Assembly: GCF_001194135.2 (NCBI RefSeq)
Contig: NC_068984.1
Span: 57,493,789-57,557,788, forward strand
Source of the DNA: Octopus bimaculoides
Taxonomy: Eukaryota
Length of the DNA stretch: 64,000 nucleotides
Direction: 5' to 3'
How positions within the stretch are numbered: the first letter of the stretch is position 1; the number at the start of each line of letters is the position of its first letter. The position numbers and the translations under genes were made by a program. The notes below the pieces were generated by a model that did not search any database, had not been told where the DNA came from, and was given only the letters and a program-made list of their open reading frames with translations. Below are positions 12,569-27,254 of the stretch, in pieces.

Positions 12569-14544
12569 TATGTTTTGCAAGTAGTTTAGAATGTCTTAGA
12601 TGTAAATATATGATCTATTTAAGTCATACACCTTTACACAATGGGTTTTCACAGTTTCCATCTACTAAATTCCACTAACATAGTATTGGTTAACTGAAAG
12701 CTATAATAGAAGACACTTGCTCTTGATACTGTGTAGTAGAATTGAATCTGGAACCATGTGACTTGTGAAATGAACTTGTTACAAATATAGTCATTGAAAA
12801 GATTAAACTTGCTCTGTTATTAATCATTGTATTACATCAAGCATACATACATTTATCTCCCAGTGAGATCTTTAATACTTGTCTCTTCAGTCAATGGTTT
12901 ATTTATGCCCATTCCTTGTGCTTATTTCTAGCTACCCTTAAAATACAAAAGACAGTGTAGTTGTGAAGAAGTCTAGAGTTGAATCCCATAACACCCCAGT
13001 TTGCTTTTGTTGCTTGGTTATATTTTCAACTTTTCAATGTTATTAAAAAAAAATAAAAAGGCAATCCAATTCTTTTCTATTGCCAACTGTCATTTCAATA
13101 TTTTGAAAGTTTCCACTATGCTGTCATTATACCTGATTAGTTTATTGCTATTTTAAAAACAACATTTTTAATTGTTTCTCAAAAATGTTTGATAATTTAG
13201 TTGTAGGAATAAAATATGTTGAGTGTCATAGACAGCCACACGAACATATCTACCATATGGGCCACCTAGTGTGTGAGTTTTGTTAGATACTTTAGATTTT
13301 CCCATGAAACATATGCTTCCAATATGTTTTCCATTTCACTCTCAACAGGCAACAAATGTAGTTAACTCAAGGAGGTAACACATAATCTATGTCTCCCCCA
13401 TCTTTCTCCCTCTCATAGTGTCACATTCAATGTATAAAGCACTGCAACAGTCTCAAAATATTACTGCTAGTGATAATCCAAAATATTGATGCCTAGCATA
13501 GATATAAAGGTCTCAGATTTAGAGGCGAGTTGACAGTGTAATGGTATTAATGATTTCCCATGACCGGAACAGAAGTGAAAGTTTCAGTCAGGAGTTTATC
13601 CCTCCTACTCTACACTGATTACCACACAATAATCACAAGTATCATCGACTTTTTCTAAATAGAATCAAAAAACAAATACAGACTAAATATTTGCTGTTTC
13701 AAGCTCGTTCAGATTTAAATAGTAGTCTTTAGAATGTGAACAAATCATTATCTTCAAACAGTTTCTGCTAGTTTTACTAGTTTTGAAATAATCTTCTGCA
13801 CAAATATTTTAATCAATTTTCTGAAAGATTTTTTTTTTTTCATAGCTATATTAGTACTATGAATGAGTTAACTGTTAACGTTTTAAATGTTAAGTGGTAT
13901 TATAGACCTCATAAGCACCAATCAGTGTGTTTGCCTTCTTTTGGCCTCAAATTGATGCTTATAATGTCTATTATTACTATTGATATTCCTACTATTGTTG
14001 TTGCTGCTGTACTAAAAACTAACAGTTTTATTTTCTGAAATTGATCCAATATGTTGTGTTTCTTTACAAACTGATGTGCAAGAATATACCCTATGATATG
14101 TAACCATAGCAGACCATCTGTATAGAGTGATGCTATTTAGAGAAAACAGACACCATGCTGGTAGTAACAGCTAGACAGTATCTAACACTTGGTTCTTAAA
14201 AAGATGTATGCTCTGAATACATTTCTCTCTTATATCTGTGTATGCGCTGTTCACAGATGTCTTGTGCATATATTAAATTTTAAATGTGACAATGGATATA
14301 TCTGAATTTATGCATCTACGCACACTAGCTCATACACACACATACATACAATATTGATTTCTTATGTAGACATAGGATTTGTAAGAAAGCTAAAATGAAA
14401 CTACATGAAGTCCATAACTTCCTCAAGTGCATTAGCAATCAGAATAGAAATAAAATGGTTACAAGAAATGAAGACTTGATTGCAGACTTAACTTGCCAGG
14501 AGCTTACCTTTAATTTATGATAGTTTTACATCTTCCTCTCCAAC

Positions 14545-14576
<32 letters not shown>

Positions 14577-16796
14577 TATATACATACACACACTTTTAAA
14601 AGAAACAAATCAATTTAACTTGGAAATACTTTAATTAGATTATTTGATAGAGGATCTAATTCTGTATTTCTTTCTCTTTCACATATACATATGCCACCAC
14701 AATTCTTTCCTAGATAGTGACACATATGCATACACACAACACCACAACCTTTTTGTTGTTGTCAATCACTCACTTTTTCTACACTGATTTGCTTTATACA
14801 CAGCATATTCACTGTAATAAACACTGTTTTAGTGGTTAGCATTTTGTCCCACTTAGAATTAGATCCAGAAGAAAGCAATCTATCACTATGGCACAAATAT
14901 GTTTTTATTTTACTTTGTATTTTTTTTTTCTGTTTTCTTTTTGTTTTTTTTTTACTAGTGTTGTGATATTCCAACTGGAAATATAACTCCTTTTCTTTCA
15001 GATAAGACTTTTTTTTTTTTTGAAGTTACTATTTTATTAAACTAGATTGGCAACTAAAAAAAAAACAGATTTTTTAGAGGAAAAAGGAAGTTATAGTGTT
15101 CATACCTAAAGAGACATCACAGTTACAAATTAACATTGTACAATAGGTTCTGTCACTGGTTGAAATTGGCCACTACAGTATATAACAACATGATAATAAT
15201 GGTTTCTCACTTACACAGGGCCAGAAATTGTAAAATGAGATCAGGACCATCTCATACACAGCAACCACTAATTCTTTATTTTTAATTAAACCGTAAGAGA
15301 TAAAAGCCAAAGTTAATCAGTGTAGTGTCTGTACTCAGAATGTAAAAAAAATTAGATATTTCTTTATCATTTATTTCCCTATATTACCTTGAAAATAATA
15401 GTGTAGATGATTCTGTTTTGAGGTGGTCTAGTAATACTATAGATCAGTCACAGGCAAACTATGGCCTGCAGGACTTTCCCAGTGTCGAATGGTAAACTTT
15501 TGTGTAGTTTCCTTTATAATCTCTTTATATAGGAATCTATACTGAGATATAAAGAAGAATAAATTTTTATCTTTTACAACATTGTGAGTTTACCAAATAT
15601 TCAACCAATCAAACTTCCAACTTACATTTATAGGTTTTCACCTGGAGTTGAATTAAATCAGGAGCGTAAATCATGGTCTACTGTTGTGGCAAGAATAAGT
15701 TTGAAACAGTAAAAATTACAAGTGCCAGCAATTGTTGAATGACTGTTACTAAGATATTGGTAGGACAAAATATTATAGTATAGAACTGGTTAATTATCTG
15801 TAACTTCATTTTAAATATACTGCCTGCTTAACAAAAATGTGGTAACTACTATTTTCAGGTAGCTGAGCTATATCCAATACACTACTGTTCTAATAACTGA
15901 CTTTGATATAATTAGAACCTATGGTCTTTTGGACAGTAATTTAGAAGCTTAACTACACAACTGTCATGTCATTTTCTTTGTAAAAATTTGCATCACTTGA
16001 CAAAAATATGGTGGGACAAGTGGGAGGAAGGGCTAAACTTTTGAGTTTATTCATGTAGTTGTTGATCCATCTTCCATCATTAGCTTGCCAGAAGGTACAT
16101 TTTAAGATTTTTGATAATTTTTTTATTTACTTTTTTCCATAATCATGACTAAATAAGAAAGGTAACTAAATGTTGTAACGTCATCTTATAGTTGTCACAA
16201 GTTTATCTCACAGTCAGTTCATTTGTACTTTCGAAAATGCAAATGTGACTATATATTTTAATGATATTTGATGTCATTTGTTTGTGTTATTTTCACCAAC
16301 ATTGTATTCACTGTCAACAAAAGCTGTATTTGGATGTAGTCAAATATAATCACTGTCTTAGGTGTGTTTTAAAGTCTACCAGTAATAATCTCACCCTAGA
16401 TGTCTTATCTCATCACCTTTTGATGTTATTACAACAAATACGTGATAATGTCATCTATTCTTAGAGGAATGGTTGTTGTCTTTAATATTTTGTAGATATT
16501 TGTGTTGGATTATTTTTAACAATAATAGCTAGCTGTCTTACTGATACTATATACACTGATTACTGTATAGTCTCAAATGAAGTTAATTGCTTCATATATA
16601 CATTTCTCCTTTCTCTCTTTCAACAGCTACATGAATTTTGCATGTTATTAGAATAACTCTAGTTAATGAATGATAATAGTCATTAATGCATGTTTTTCTT
16701 TTTCTTTTTAATGCTAATTTAATTTATCTAAGAAAATGGAATCTATTTTGATTTAAGCCCCCTGCCTAAAATATACATATTTCTTCTGCTGGCTGG

Positions 16797-16948
16797 CTTT
16801 TCTCTTCTGAGCTTATTCTCTTAGATCTTTTACTTCATTAAATATGTTTTCAGTCTGTATTCTATACTTCTGGATTTTCTCTTGAGCTTATACTCTTAGA
16901 TCTTTTACTTCATTAAATATGTTTTCAGTCTGTATTCTATACTTCTGG
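16797..16948. repeat. Two-copy tandem duplication, period about 75 bp
   Basis: TGAGCTTA..CTCTTAGATCTTTTACTTCATTAAATATGTTTTCAGTCTGTATTCTATACTTCTGG at 16808-16873 and 16883-16948. Confidence 0.95.
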
Positions 16949-19071
16949 GTATTGGTTCTTTGGTGCTTATTGATTGCTATTCAATAATTGCAGCTTAAGC
17001 AATTCATAGTATCTTCTGCAGCCTCATTAATATTTTTGATGATTTAATAAAATAGAACATAAGAATAAGAGCTGGCGAAGTTGTAAAAATGATACTGACA
17101 TTATTATTTTCTTCCAGTTTTATCTTGTTCTTGGTTGTATAAAGGTCACACTAGCATTGTACCACCATCTCTCTCTCTCTTTTTTTTTTTTGTTCCATAT
17201 ATGGATAAGAGCATCAAAAAGAGGCAACTTAGCCTTGAAACTGCAGATATATAAGTTGGTTGGTCATTACACAGTTTGATAGCTATCAATACTTGGAACT
17301 TTGAAAATACTTTTTTGTCTTACAACAGTATACAAATGTTAAATTCCCTGAACTGAAAACATAATTTCATGATAACCAGTATCTTTTACATTATTATTGA
17401 AATCTTTATTATAGTAAAGATTTTTGGGTTGAGCCATTGGACTACAGCTTTCAAGGGAACCACCAACAAGGCTTCAGTCAATTATATAATTCCCCACTAC
17501 TTATTTCATTGATTGTTGAACCACTCTATATATTAAAATTTTTACAAAGTAAAAGGTTGACTGATTTCAAAGTTTCAGTTTTCCAGCTGTCATCAGGCTG
17601 TCTGACAACACTTGATAAGCCAAAACTTTGAAGTCACTGTCAACCTTTTCCTTGTCAAAATTATGTACTCTGCTAAGAAAGTATTGTGTGATCCTTTATT
17701 TTAATGTTAAATTGTTTTTGTCTTGGTCATCTATGTCCAGCTTATTATTTATCTACCACACAAAATTAAAAAAAAAGATTTTTTAATTAAATGAATCTAG
17801 TATTAATAACTTTAATTTAAATGAGTTCAACATATGGTAATTAGTTTTCTGCTAAATAGAGTTCATAAAAATTTAAACTTCACACTTGTTTCCTCTACCC
17901 CTTAGAAGAAAAGTCTCATGTTAAAAAGAAGCTTGTAACAAACAACCATGCTTCAGCTAATGTTTGCTGTTTATTTGGTAATTATCATTAGTGTTGCCTT
18001 ATTAATAATCATTTTGTATTAGTGAGGTGTCTCAAACAGGTCTGTTAATTGGTCAGTTTTTGTCTTAGTGAAAACTATGTTCTCTACTTTAAAGATTTTA
18101 AAGGTCAAAGGTCTTTCTCTGTTTCACAAGTGAAATTTTAAGGTTAAATAATATTAAAAATATTAAACTGATTATCAGGACATTGTAATCTCAATAAACA
18201 ACATCGATAATATAGTTTTTAAGTATTTTCCACTCAAATTAATTCAAATAATCATAAACATTTATCATGTTTCCTTTAATTTCATCATGAGTGTTATTTC
18301 ATGTTACTAGATTTGTTTCATTTTGATTTTTGTTTCAACATCATCATTCATTGAATCAAAGGAGAAAACAACCCCATTACATTCATTTTGAAGTTTATGA
18401 ATTTACTATTGTATATTTGTCATGTCATGTTATGTCATGTTTGTATGTTATTGTTATGCTCACTTACATATAATCCCACCAGAATGTTCTCCCAAACAAT
18501 TTTGTATATCTACCTCTTGTTCTTGTTTAAATTTTTTAAAATAATGTTTTATATTAATTCTCAATACAACCATCAATGGAATAAATTTTAGAAATTTTGA
18601 TGTTCTCTACATTGTTGTAGAAAATGTCTATGGCTGGATTTTTTTTTTTTTTTTCTTAAGAATGAAACTCATTAGCTAGGCAAACTGAAACAGCAGAAGT
18701 TATATACTTTGTCCAGAAGAAAAACAAAAATGTTATGATAAGGTTTGAACTATATGATTTGTAGTCTAGCACCTTAAAGTGGTATTTTGCCTTGCAATAA
18801 TCGGTATATTTACTTAATTAGTTGCCCTTGTGTAGTATTGTGAAATAAATTTACTATTTATGCAACTTTTACATATTTACACTGAAAGCTTGGTAAAGTA
18901 AGTGTGCAAGCTTCTATGTGAATACAACTATTAATCTGTTAATTAAATATTTCAGACTTTTCTTTGTGTCATTCTGTACATACTATTCAATTATCAGTTG
19001 GTTATGTATTTTACTGCATATTTATCTTATTAATTTTCTCTGTCTTTTAACTATAATATATTTGTTTTCAG

Positions 19072-19259
19072 AAAAATTAATGAAAAAGAATATGCCTATG
19101 TCATTTCGTCACCAGCAAGAATTATGGAAAAACCTTCCTGCTCATGCCACACTTCCTCGAGGCATGACCAATCCTACTACTTTGCTTGAGAGATTACCTC
19201 ACACAGCAGCAAACAAAAAACGGAACTGGTTTTCTTTTGCTGGCAAGAAAAAGCGTTGA
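19072..19259 (+). CDS. ARHGEF9: RhoGEF terminal coding exon
   Basis: tttcag|AA in phase 1 continues the frame from 5938: EKLMKKNMPMSFRHQQELWKNLPAHATLPRGMTNPTTLLERLPHTAANKKRNWFSFAGKKKR*; the basic/aromatic end resembles the family C-terminus; AATAAA about 40 nt after the stop. Confidence 0.78.
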
Positions 19260-19322
19260 ATCCAGAAAATAGTTTTGCAATGTGTATATTGCATGTAAAT
19301 AAAACTCTGATATTTAAAGAAC

Positions 19323-19353
<31 letters not shown>

Positions 19354-19766
19354 CCAAAATCCAAACTTCAAAGAAATAATAATTAAAAAAAAATGGACAA
19401 AAAGAAAATGAATGTAAAAGCAAAAGTAAACATACCAGAGTTGTGATCTTCCACCAGAACTGGAGTTCTGACTGTGCTTCTCTCTATATAATATTGCATG
19501 CCAAGTCATAAATTATATTAAAAAAAAAAAACATTGCTTGGAAGAAATTACAACAGATTAGAACAAAATTATGATTTAAAAGATCTAGAAGAGTTCAAAA
19601 TATTTTGGAATATGTGCTGTTGATTTCTGGCCTTTGAGTGACATGAATTCTATAGAGCTTCTTCAAAAGCTCCTGACACCAATTCAGCTACATTGTCATT
19701 AGAAACTGAGGACAATTAGAAATTTGAAAATCTGTTTCTGAGGCAAAAAAAAAAAAAAAAAAAAAA

Positions 19767-20391
19767 NNNNNNNNNNNNNNNNNNNNNNNNNNNNNNNNNN
19801 NNNNNNNNNNNNNNNNNNNNNNNNNNNNNNNNNNNNNNNNNNNNNNNNNNNNNNNNNNNNNNNNNNNNNNNNNNNNNNNNNNNNNNNNNNNNNNNNNNNN
19901 NNNNNNNNNNNNNNNNNNNNNNNNNNNNNNNNNNNNNNNNNNNNNNNNNNNNNNNNNNNNNNNNNNNNNNNNNNNNNNNNNNNNNNNNNNNNNNNNNNNN
20001 NNNNNNNNNNNNNNNNNNNNNNNNNNNNNNNNNNNNNNNNNNNNNNNNNNNNNNNNNNNNNNNNNNNNNNNNNNNNNNNNNNNNNNNNNNNNNNNNNNNN
20101 NNNNNNNNNNNNNNNNNNNNNNNNNNNNNNNNNNNNNNNNNNNNNNNNNNNNNNNNNNNNNNNNNNNNNNNNNNNNNNNNNNNNNNNNNNNNNNNNNNNN
20201 NNNNNNNNNNNNNNNNNNNNNNNNNNNNNNNNNNNNNNNNNNNNNNNNNNNNNNNNNNNNNNNNNNNNNNNNNNNNNNNNNNNNNNNNNNNNNNNNNNNN
20301 NNNNNNNNNNNNNNNNNNNNNNNNNNNNNNNNNNNNNNNNNNNNNNNNNNNNNNNNNNNNNNNNNNNNNNNNNNNNNNNNNNNNNNNNNNN
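19767..20391. other. Assembly gap
   Basis: N run between a poly-A tract and (AT)n. Confidence 0.99.
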
Positions 20392-20423
<32 letters not shown>

Positions 20424-23400
20424 GAATATTCTGAATGTTACTCCTTTCATAGCAATATGTTTTCTATATACTACACAAACATTTTTCTATGCGGTAAGCA
20501 AAAATCAGGTGTCATTATTTGTTATTTTTCTTTAATCACATTTTATATTTTAACAATTATTTATTTTCATTTTTATTTCTTCTCATTGCCCTTAAATATC
20601 AAACATGAAAGGTTCTTGACTGAATTAGAACACAACTGCTGATCTTATGGTGCTGATGAAGAGTTCACAAAAATAAGTAAACAACACAAGTTATTTTTGT
20701 GTGTGAACCTGTAAAAATACCTGTTTAATTGATAACAAATGGATTTTCTCTCCTCCTTTAAATCAATTTTTAATTTATTTTTCTTTCGATGTTTTATGAA
20801 AAACTTCTCTCTTCAATACCCCACCCCTTCAGGTATATTTATGAACATAACTAAGACATGTGCCTTGGCTATCTCTTCCAGTTAACAACTCAGCACAGAT
20901 TATTATCATTATTCTTATTACTTATATAATTTATTCATTGGCTTGCTCCTCGCCTTGTGCCCATACGGTAGCGATTGCCGCCTTTCGCGAGCCTAGGGAT
21001 TTAGAGCTTCCATCGAACGGAAAGCGAAGGGAGATAACTCTCCTACAGTGAGAATTGGTCCCTTTTCTTTTTAATTTATATATAATTCTCGTTTAATTTC
21101 TGAGCTTCCGTTTCCTTATCTAGTTGTCTGTGATAGTTACTCTTAATACCAAAAGCATAGACGACAATTTAAAAATATTGTTTGAAGCATTGTTTCAAAA
21201 AAAAAAAGAAAATTGATTACCAATGCATTATAAAAACATATAATAGCCTATAAACTATATTATTAAAATAATTAGAAGTTTGACATTTCGAGATTAAAAT
21301 GCTTTAAACCTTTAATGTATAAGCTACATAATGCCATTGATAATAATTTAGATTATTCTAGGATGTATTTATTGCAGACATTAAAGTAATAGGTTCTTTC
21401 TTGATTAACTGCATGCACAACCAGTTTCAACTTCTTAGCCCTTTAGCATTTAAAACTGTTTTATGTTCAAGCCAGGTAGATCTGGCCTTTCACACCTACC
21501 CTACAATGTCATTCTGAAAATAAAGAGTCACAAGCTACGTGATAATGCATGATTAATTCAAAACTGTGTCAATAAATATTACAGTTGACAGGAATCCAAA
21601 ATGGTTAAATGAAATTAAAGTGACTGAACTTAGAACATCATGTAGTGTTAAACATACTTTCTTTAAATGTTATATTACAATAATTCCTTGGAATTCTGAA
21701 TGACTAAGAAAATGTCTGATTGAGCATTGCAGTAAAAAAAAAAAAAATTTTTAATCATTGTTACCAGGCAAGCTTTCGTAGCATGTATTATTGCCATGCA
21801 GGCCACTTCATAATTTAGGTGTGATAATTAGAAGTGTCAACAAAGGGAAATTCTGTTGACAGAAATCCTTGGACACATCTAATGAATATATGTTTGCCAA
21901 CTTTTCGTCTTGAGAAGTCTTACATCTATATTGCTTTCTAATGTAGGTACTGATTGGTCCAAAATGTAATATACATTTATTTAATCTTACTTACCATCAT
22001 GTAATATAAGCATAATACATTTTTAAAGATTTCTTGAATAAACTTAAATCATCAGGGATTCAATTTTTAAAATGTATCTTGCTGTCTGTCTTTTAAATGT
22101 TAAGAAAATTCATTTAACAGAGGGAAATAAATCTTAAAAACTTGCTTCACTAAAAGTGAACATCTTTCCAATTTGCAGTACTTTATTTTCTAGTCTAGTA
22201 CAGAAATGCATATTACTACCTGTTCAGAAAAGTGATGCCTTTTCAAATCAGTTTTTATTGTATCTAAAGACAAAGAAAGAACCAGTTTCAGTATAGTTTG
22301 ATAAACTTTCATATCATAGTATTTATTTGTCAAAACATTTTCTGAAATGCACTCATCAAAAAGCAAAAAAAATATTGCTTTGTCAACAAAATCATAGCTA
22401 ATATATATTTTATTCTGCTTTTCTGGCACAAATTTACACCCCCTCCTATTTCAAAATCAGAATTAAAGCATAAAAAATCCCTTCACAATGAAGTGTAATT
22501 AAATTCCACAAAATTATTCCCTTGACAAATTTTATTAAATTTCAGATTCATGTAAATTTGAATGTTAGGTAGAAATGTAAAAACTTAATGTACAATATTA
22601 TATAGTTGAACTAGTTTAAAATATGTTCGGCCCCATACCTAGGTAAATGCTTGTGAAATAATGTAATTTTTTGATAGGGGGAATGTTTTTTTTTTTTTTT
22701 TTGTTGTTTCTCTCATATTGTCATTGGCATATATGTCCTTTTTAAATACTATTTCTTCTAGTTCTTTGTCACTGTGGCTCAGGTTTGTGTTTCATAATTA
22801 CAGCAAGTGATTATAAGTTTAGTACAAATTGATTATGAGGTAAAAAAAAAAAAAACTGAAATTTGTTCTGTGACTATATATAACTCAATATATTGTCTAT
22901 CCAGTATGTCAATTAACAGGCTTGTCATGTTCAATTTGTGCTAAATATCCAGAATGCCTCATTTTCCACAAATCACAAAGAATTCTTTTATTCTCCCCAC
23001 TTCTCTCAAAATGGCCATGTGACTCAACCACCTATCAAATACTTTTTGTAAAAAAAAAAAATAAAATAAAAATAAATTCATGATCATCTATAACTATTTT
23101 GTGTTCTTAAAGTGAAATTTTTTTAAAAGTTAATTGGTAATAGTCATTTAATTTGTTTGTATAAAACTGGATATCTTTGATATAATTAAAAAGAAAATAT
23201 TTAATATTTGGGTTTAAACATTGACAATTTTAACAGTGAATCACACATCATTCTGGACAGAACTGACAAGTTATTTGCTAGATAAGTTTTACTTTGTGTA
23301 GGCAGTACTTTAAGCTGTCAGTATTATTTTTTTTTTATTACCTAACTCTAAAAACAAATGAGAACTAAAGATTGAAAAAAAGTTAATGGCATTTAATAGT

Positions 23401-25103
23401 TGTAAGACAGATCAGGATGAAATGAAAATTCAAAAAATTGAATAATTAAAAAAAAAAAAAAATTGCTCATTTTAGTCATGGCTGAAGTTGACCTGAAGGC
23501 TATTCTGCCTTTCAGTAAAAATTACTGGTTCTTAACTTTTCATACCTTTTTAAGAATAGTAATGGATATGCATTGAAATTGTGAGATCAACCTGTGAGAT
23601 TATATATATTAACTGGGATACAGCAATGTATCTAGTACAATGTTCTTACCTTTGCATGAAATATCGCCTCATATCTTTTAGTATTAACCAATTGAGTTGT
23701 TGGAGTATTGCCAACATCCTCATCTTCATGTAAATAGTTCAAAATTTTTTTTATTGTTGATAATAAGAAAAAAAGAAGCAATAGTTCAAGGGAGAATACA
23801 CAGTTGTATTGGCTTTTCTAGGTCCAGAGAAGTGTGTGAGCTAAGAATTGCAAGCTGAAGAATATACAGTGCTTTTGCAACAGGACTCACAATAACTCTT
23901 CAGCTGGTAACAAGGCACTATCAATTTGGCTAGCTGCAATTTATGACATTAAATTTAGTTATTGCTCTCTAAATGTATCAAATGAACTTTACACTCCTCT
24001 TCTAATAGATAAAATAAAATTTTATGACCTACTTGATAGTTGGTCATGAAGTTGTTTTATTTAGCAGTTTATGATTTTGTATCCTATTGCAGGTGAGTTC
24101 ATCATTAATCATTGTCACTAGGAAACAATTCTATTTGCTTCAGCACAACGTAGTTGATTTAAGGGTGACAAACTTTTGAGAAATCTAAGCCTATAATAGC
24201 ATACTATCCAAAGGATGATGTACCTCATTTCCTTAATACTACAGCAGAATTAATGTAAGTTCTATCGACTCCTGTGGTTTCTGAAGGTGTTGTCCACTGG
24301 ATTTAAATAAATACCATAAGCCACAAAAAAAAAAAAAATTTAGTCTACTCTTGGAACATTATAGCAGATCTTATGACATGAAAGATTAGACAAAACAAAC
24401 AGTACAAAATGTATGTTATTTATTATCATTTATCAACCCCATCATCTTACATATTTTTTTACACATTGTTTCAATCTTTTATACCACTTTCAAATCAAAG
24501 GCAGAATTCATGTCTTTTTTGTGTGCAATTCTGAGTTATTTAAAGGGAAATAATAAAACTTTAGAATTCCATCAACTAAATTTATGATAACCTCAAGGTT
24601 AAACTTGATTTATTTTATTCTGTATGTATGTTATTTATTTGACAAAATCATCAGATATATAACAATCTGGTCAAAACATTGTGGAAACATCAAAGATGTT
24701 GAATAATCAAATATTATCTATTTTAGACAAATTTTTGTTTTACATCATTGTGCTTCTACTTTGAAATATAAGTCTAATTCCCTATTTCCCCTGCCTCCAA
24801 AATCTCCACAGCACTATAACAACTGCTACTGCTACTATTATTAACACCTGTTATATAAAATGGCAGCAGCAACTACTTTCATGGCAAACAAGATGGTGAT
24901 AATGTACAGATTTGTTTTTATGAAAATAGGAAATATAAAAAATATAAATCTTGTTTTGTTGTTATTCTGTTAATCAGATTCGTTTACAGGTGCATGTAAT
25001 CAACAAAGATGACAATGTTTTCAGGTACACAATCAGCACATAAGCCAGAGTTAAAACCTTGGACCTGAGCTGAATATTCAAGACCCATTTTCATAGCATA
25101 AGT

Positions 25104-25205
25104 TCATGTCTGGCTCAATTTAATATGTTCTAAGCACAATTTTAATCTTTTCACAGTTTGCTTTTGACCAAGAAGAGAAATCATTTCTACAACACCAGGC
25201 CCTTC
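25104..25205 (-). CDS. EARS2: Mitochondrial glutamyl-tRNA synthetase, exon 14 (terminal)
   Basis: tttcag|GAA...TGA: EGPGVVEMISLLGQKQTVKRLKLCLEHIKLSQT*; GP motif of the GluRS anticodon-binding domain end. Confidence 0.88.
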   Translation of the reverse strand, partial: EGPGVVEMISLLGQKQTVKRLKLCLEHIKLSQT

Positions 25206-26990
25206 CTGAAAAAAAGTTTTTACTTTTTAATAATTAGGATATACATACAAATGAACACATGCAAATATATTTAATATTACTAGAAAATTAGTCCCCTCAA
25301 AAATGACTGGCATTTAATGAATGTATTGAAATATTTGATATAGACTTGTAAGAATAATTAAATCAGAAGAGAAGGGAGGAGGAAGTTTTGTATAAATTGT
25401 CTTAATTTTTTATTGAAATTAAAGCAATAAAAACTTTTAAATAGTTGAATACTTCTCCATCTTACTGGTGAATTTGCACCATAAAAAGGGACACACATAG
25501 TAAAAGTTGATCATATTCATGACTTATACCAAGTAATGTAGAAAAAGTTTGCAGAGATTATTGCCCTCGGCTCATATGTGAATGATATTGTTCACAAAAT
25601 CCTTCATTAAATTTATCACTTAACTATATATGTGTATTTGAAATTTTGGTTGATTGACTTTTGCAACTTAAGTCTCAAAGATACTAGAACTGAAGAGGGA
25701 AAATTTTTCAAATTTTATTGTTACATCTTGATCTATGACATCATTTGCTTGTCTTTTGTCTCCCTTCCTCCTATACTTTAGTGGGTCAGAAGAGAAATAC
25801 ATTTACAAATAAATACATAACAGTTTATTACAGTATATTCTGCTATAATCCAAGCATTAATGTTTTAGGCATACTGTTAACTAGAACAGAACTGAAGACA
25901 ACCTATTGTGTGTAAAACAGGATAGTTGGCTGAGAGAAGCTATGGAAGGAAATCATTGGCAAATTCTATTATAGACAAAACATATTGTTAGACAATTGAT
26001 ATTTTGGAATTATATTTGTCTAGTTAGAGGCTTGATCTGAGACACTTTGTTGAAACTGATGCCAGCTACATTATGAAATAGCAATTTAATAACACACAAA
26101 GCTGTTAAATTGACTTTAAAATTATTTCATGCGATGTCTAAATTTTCGTCACAGCTTCAGTTTGGTTGACACAGTTCCACTGGTTCTTACATGCATATGT
26201 GTGTATTTTTATAATCTGCAGTTCAGTAAGGCAGCTACTATACTTCATTTGCTAAAACTGGGTTCAAATCCTGTGATATGAAAATAAGGATGTGAAATGT
26301 ATTAAGATTTGTTAAAGTATTACTAACATAGTAATACAAAAGCAGAATAATTTTATAGGCCTTCAATTTCATAGTCGAAACCATTTAAAACACTTTCTAT
26401 ATACAGTACTTTTTCCAAAATATTATCAATCATTTTATTCATGGACTGTAGTTATTTCTATAGTGTGTTCACTTCTTGATATCAAGATAAAAATAACAGC
26501 TAAAGATGTCAAGTATATGACAAGAACTGCATTTTCAATTATGTAAAGTTCTCTTAGATAACTTTACATCATCTTCAATGTCAAATGCTTCAGAAAAAAT
26601 ACATTTTCATGATCACAGTTTTCAAAACGTAACCTTAGAATTTCCATGGATAATATCAACATAAATAAAATATACAAAAGTCTAAGCAATGCTGGATCAA
26701 CTAAATGATGATACTAATTAAGCTAGAAAGCTTGGAAATTTCAGAGAAGTCGATTGTTTTGACTTCATAAACACAATCAAATAATGGCTGTCTAAATGTT
26801 AGCTTCCTGGAATTTTATTTTTAAACTGTTGAAGAACTTGAAGAGAACCAAGACAAATGTCCAAGGTAAAAATGCTATTTTGTATCATTATATTAACCAT
26901 ACTTCAAAAAAATTCTAAGAGATATGATCCCACTGTACATTATATATTCCATATAAATATATTTACATTATTTATAAATGGAACACTTAC

Positions 26991-27254
26991 CTTTCTACCA
27001 CTAATAGAATATCGCAGCAGATGCATGTAAGTTTTAAATTTCAGCTGTAATTCTATTACATGGTTATGAAGTAATTTTGAAATGGTTTCTGGTTTGAAGT
27101 GATTATCAGTCTCTAGTAGTTCAATTGTTGATTCTAACACTTGTTGGCAATTACACGAGAAAGAAGACAGATTCTTTATATCATCAAAAGAAGGTGGAAC
27201 CCAAATGAATTTGAATTCTGGTAAGAGTAAATCCTCAATTCTATTGATTCTCAC
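26991..27254 (-). CDS. EARS2: EARS2 exon 13 (anticodon-binding domain)
   Basis: ttag|GTG...AAG|gtaagt, 264 nt: VRINRIEDLLLPEFKFIWVPP...YMHLLRYSISGRK. Confidence 0.9.

Noticed and set aside
13349-13374. Exon-like segment with good acceptor (caacag|...gag|gtaaca)
   Set aside because: 26 nt with an in-frame TAA in the required phase 1; incompatible with the RhoGEF frame.
17118-17144. 27-nt frame-preserving micro-exon candidate (VLSCSWLYK)
   Set aside because: Weak donor (gtcaca) and no family similarity; such matches are expected by chance in a 13-kb intron.
19324-19348. Poly-A tract after the RhoGEF stop as evidence of a processed pseudogene
   Set aside because: The gene has normal introns; genomic A-runs are common throughout the window.
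22190-22429. 79-aa ORF as an extra EARS2 exon or small gene
   Set aside because: EARS2 already terminates at 25104; no recognisable motif, AT-rich composition.
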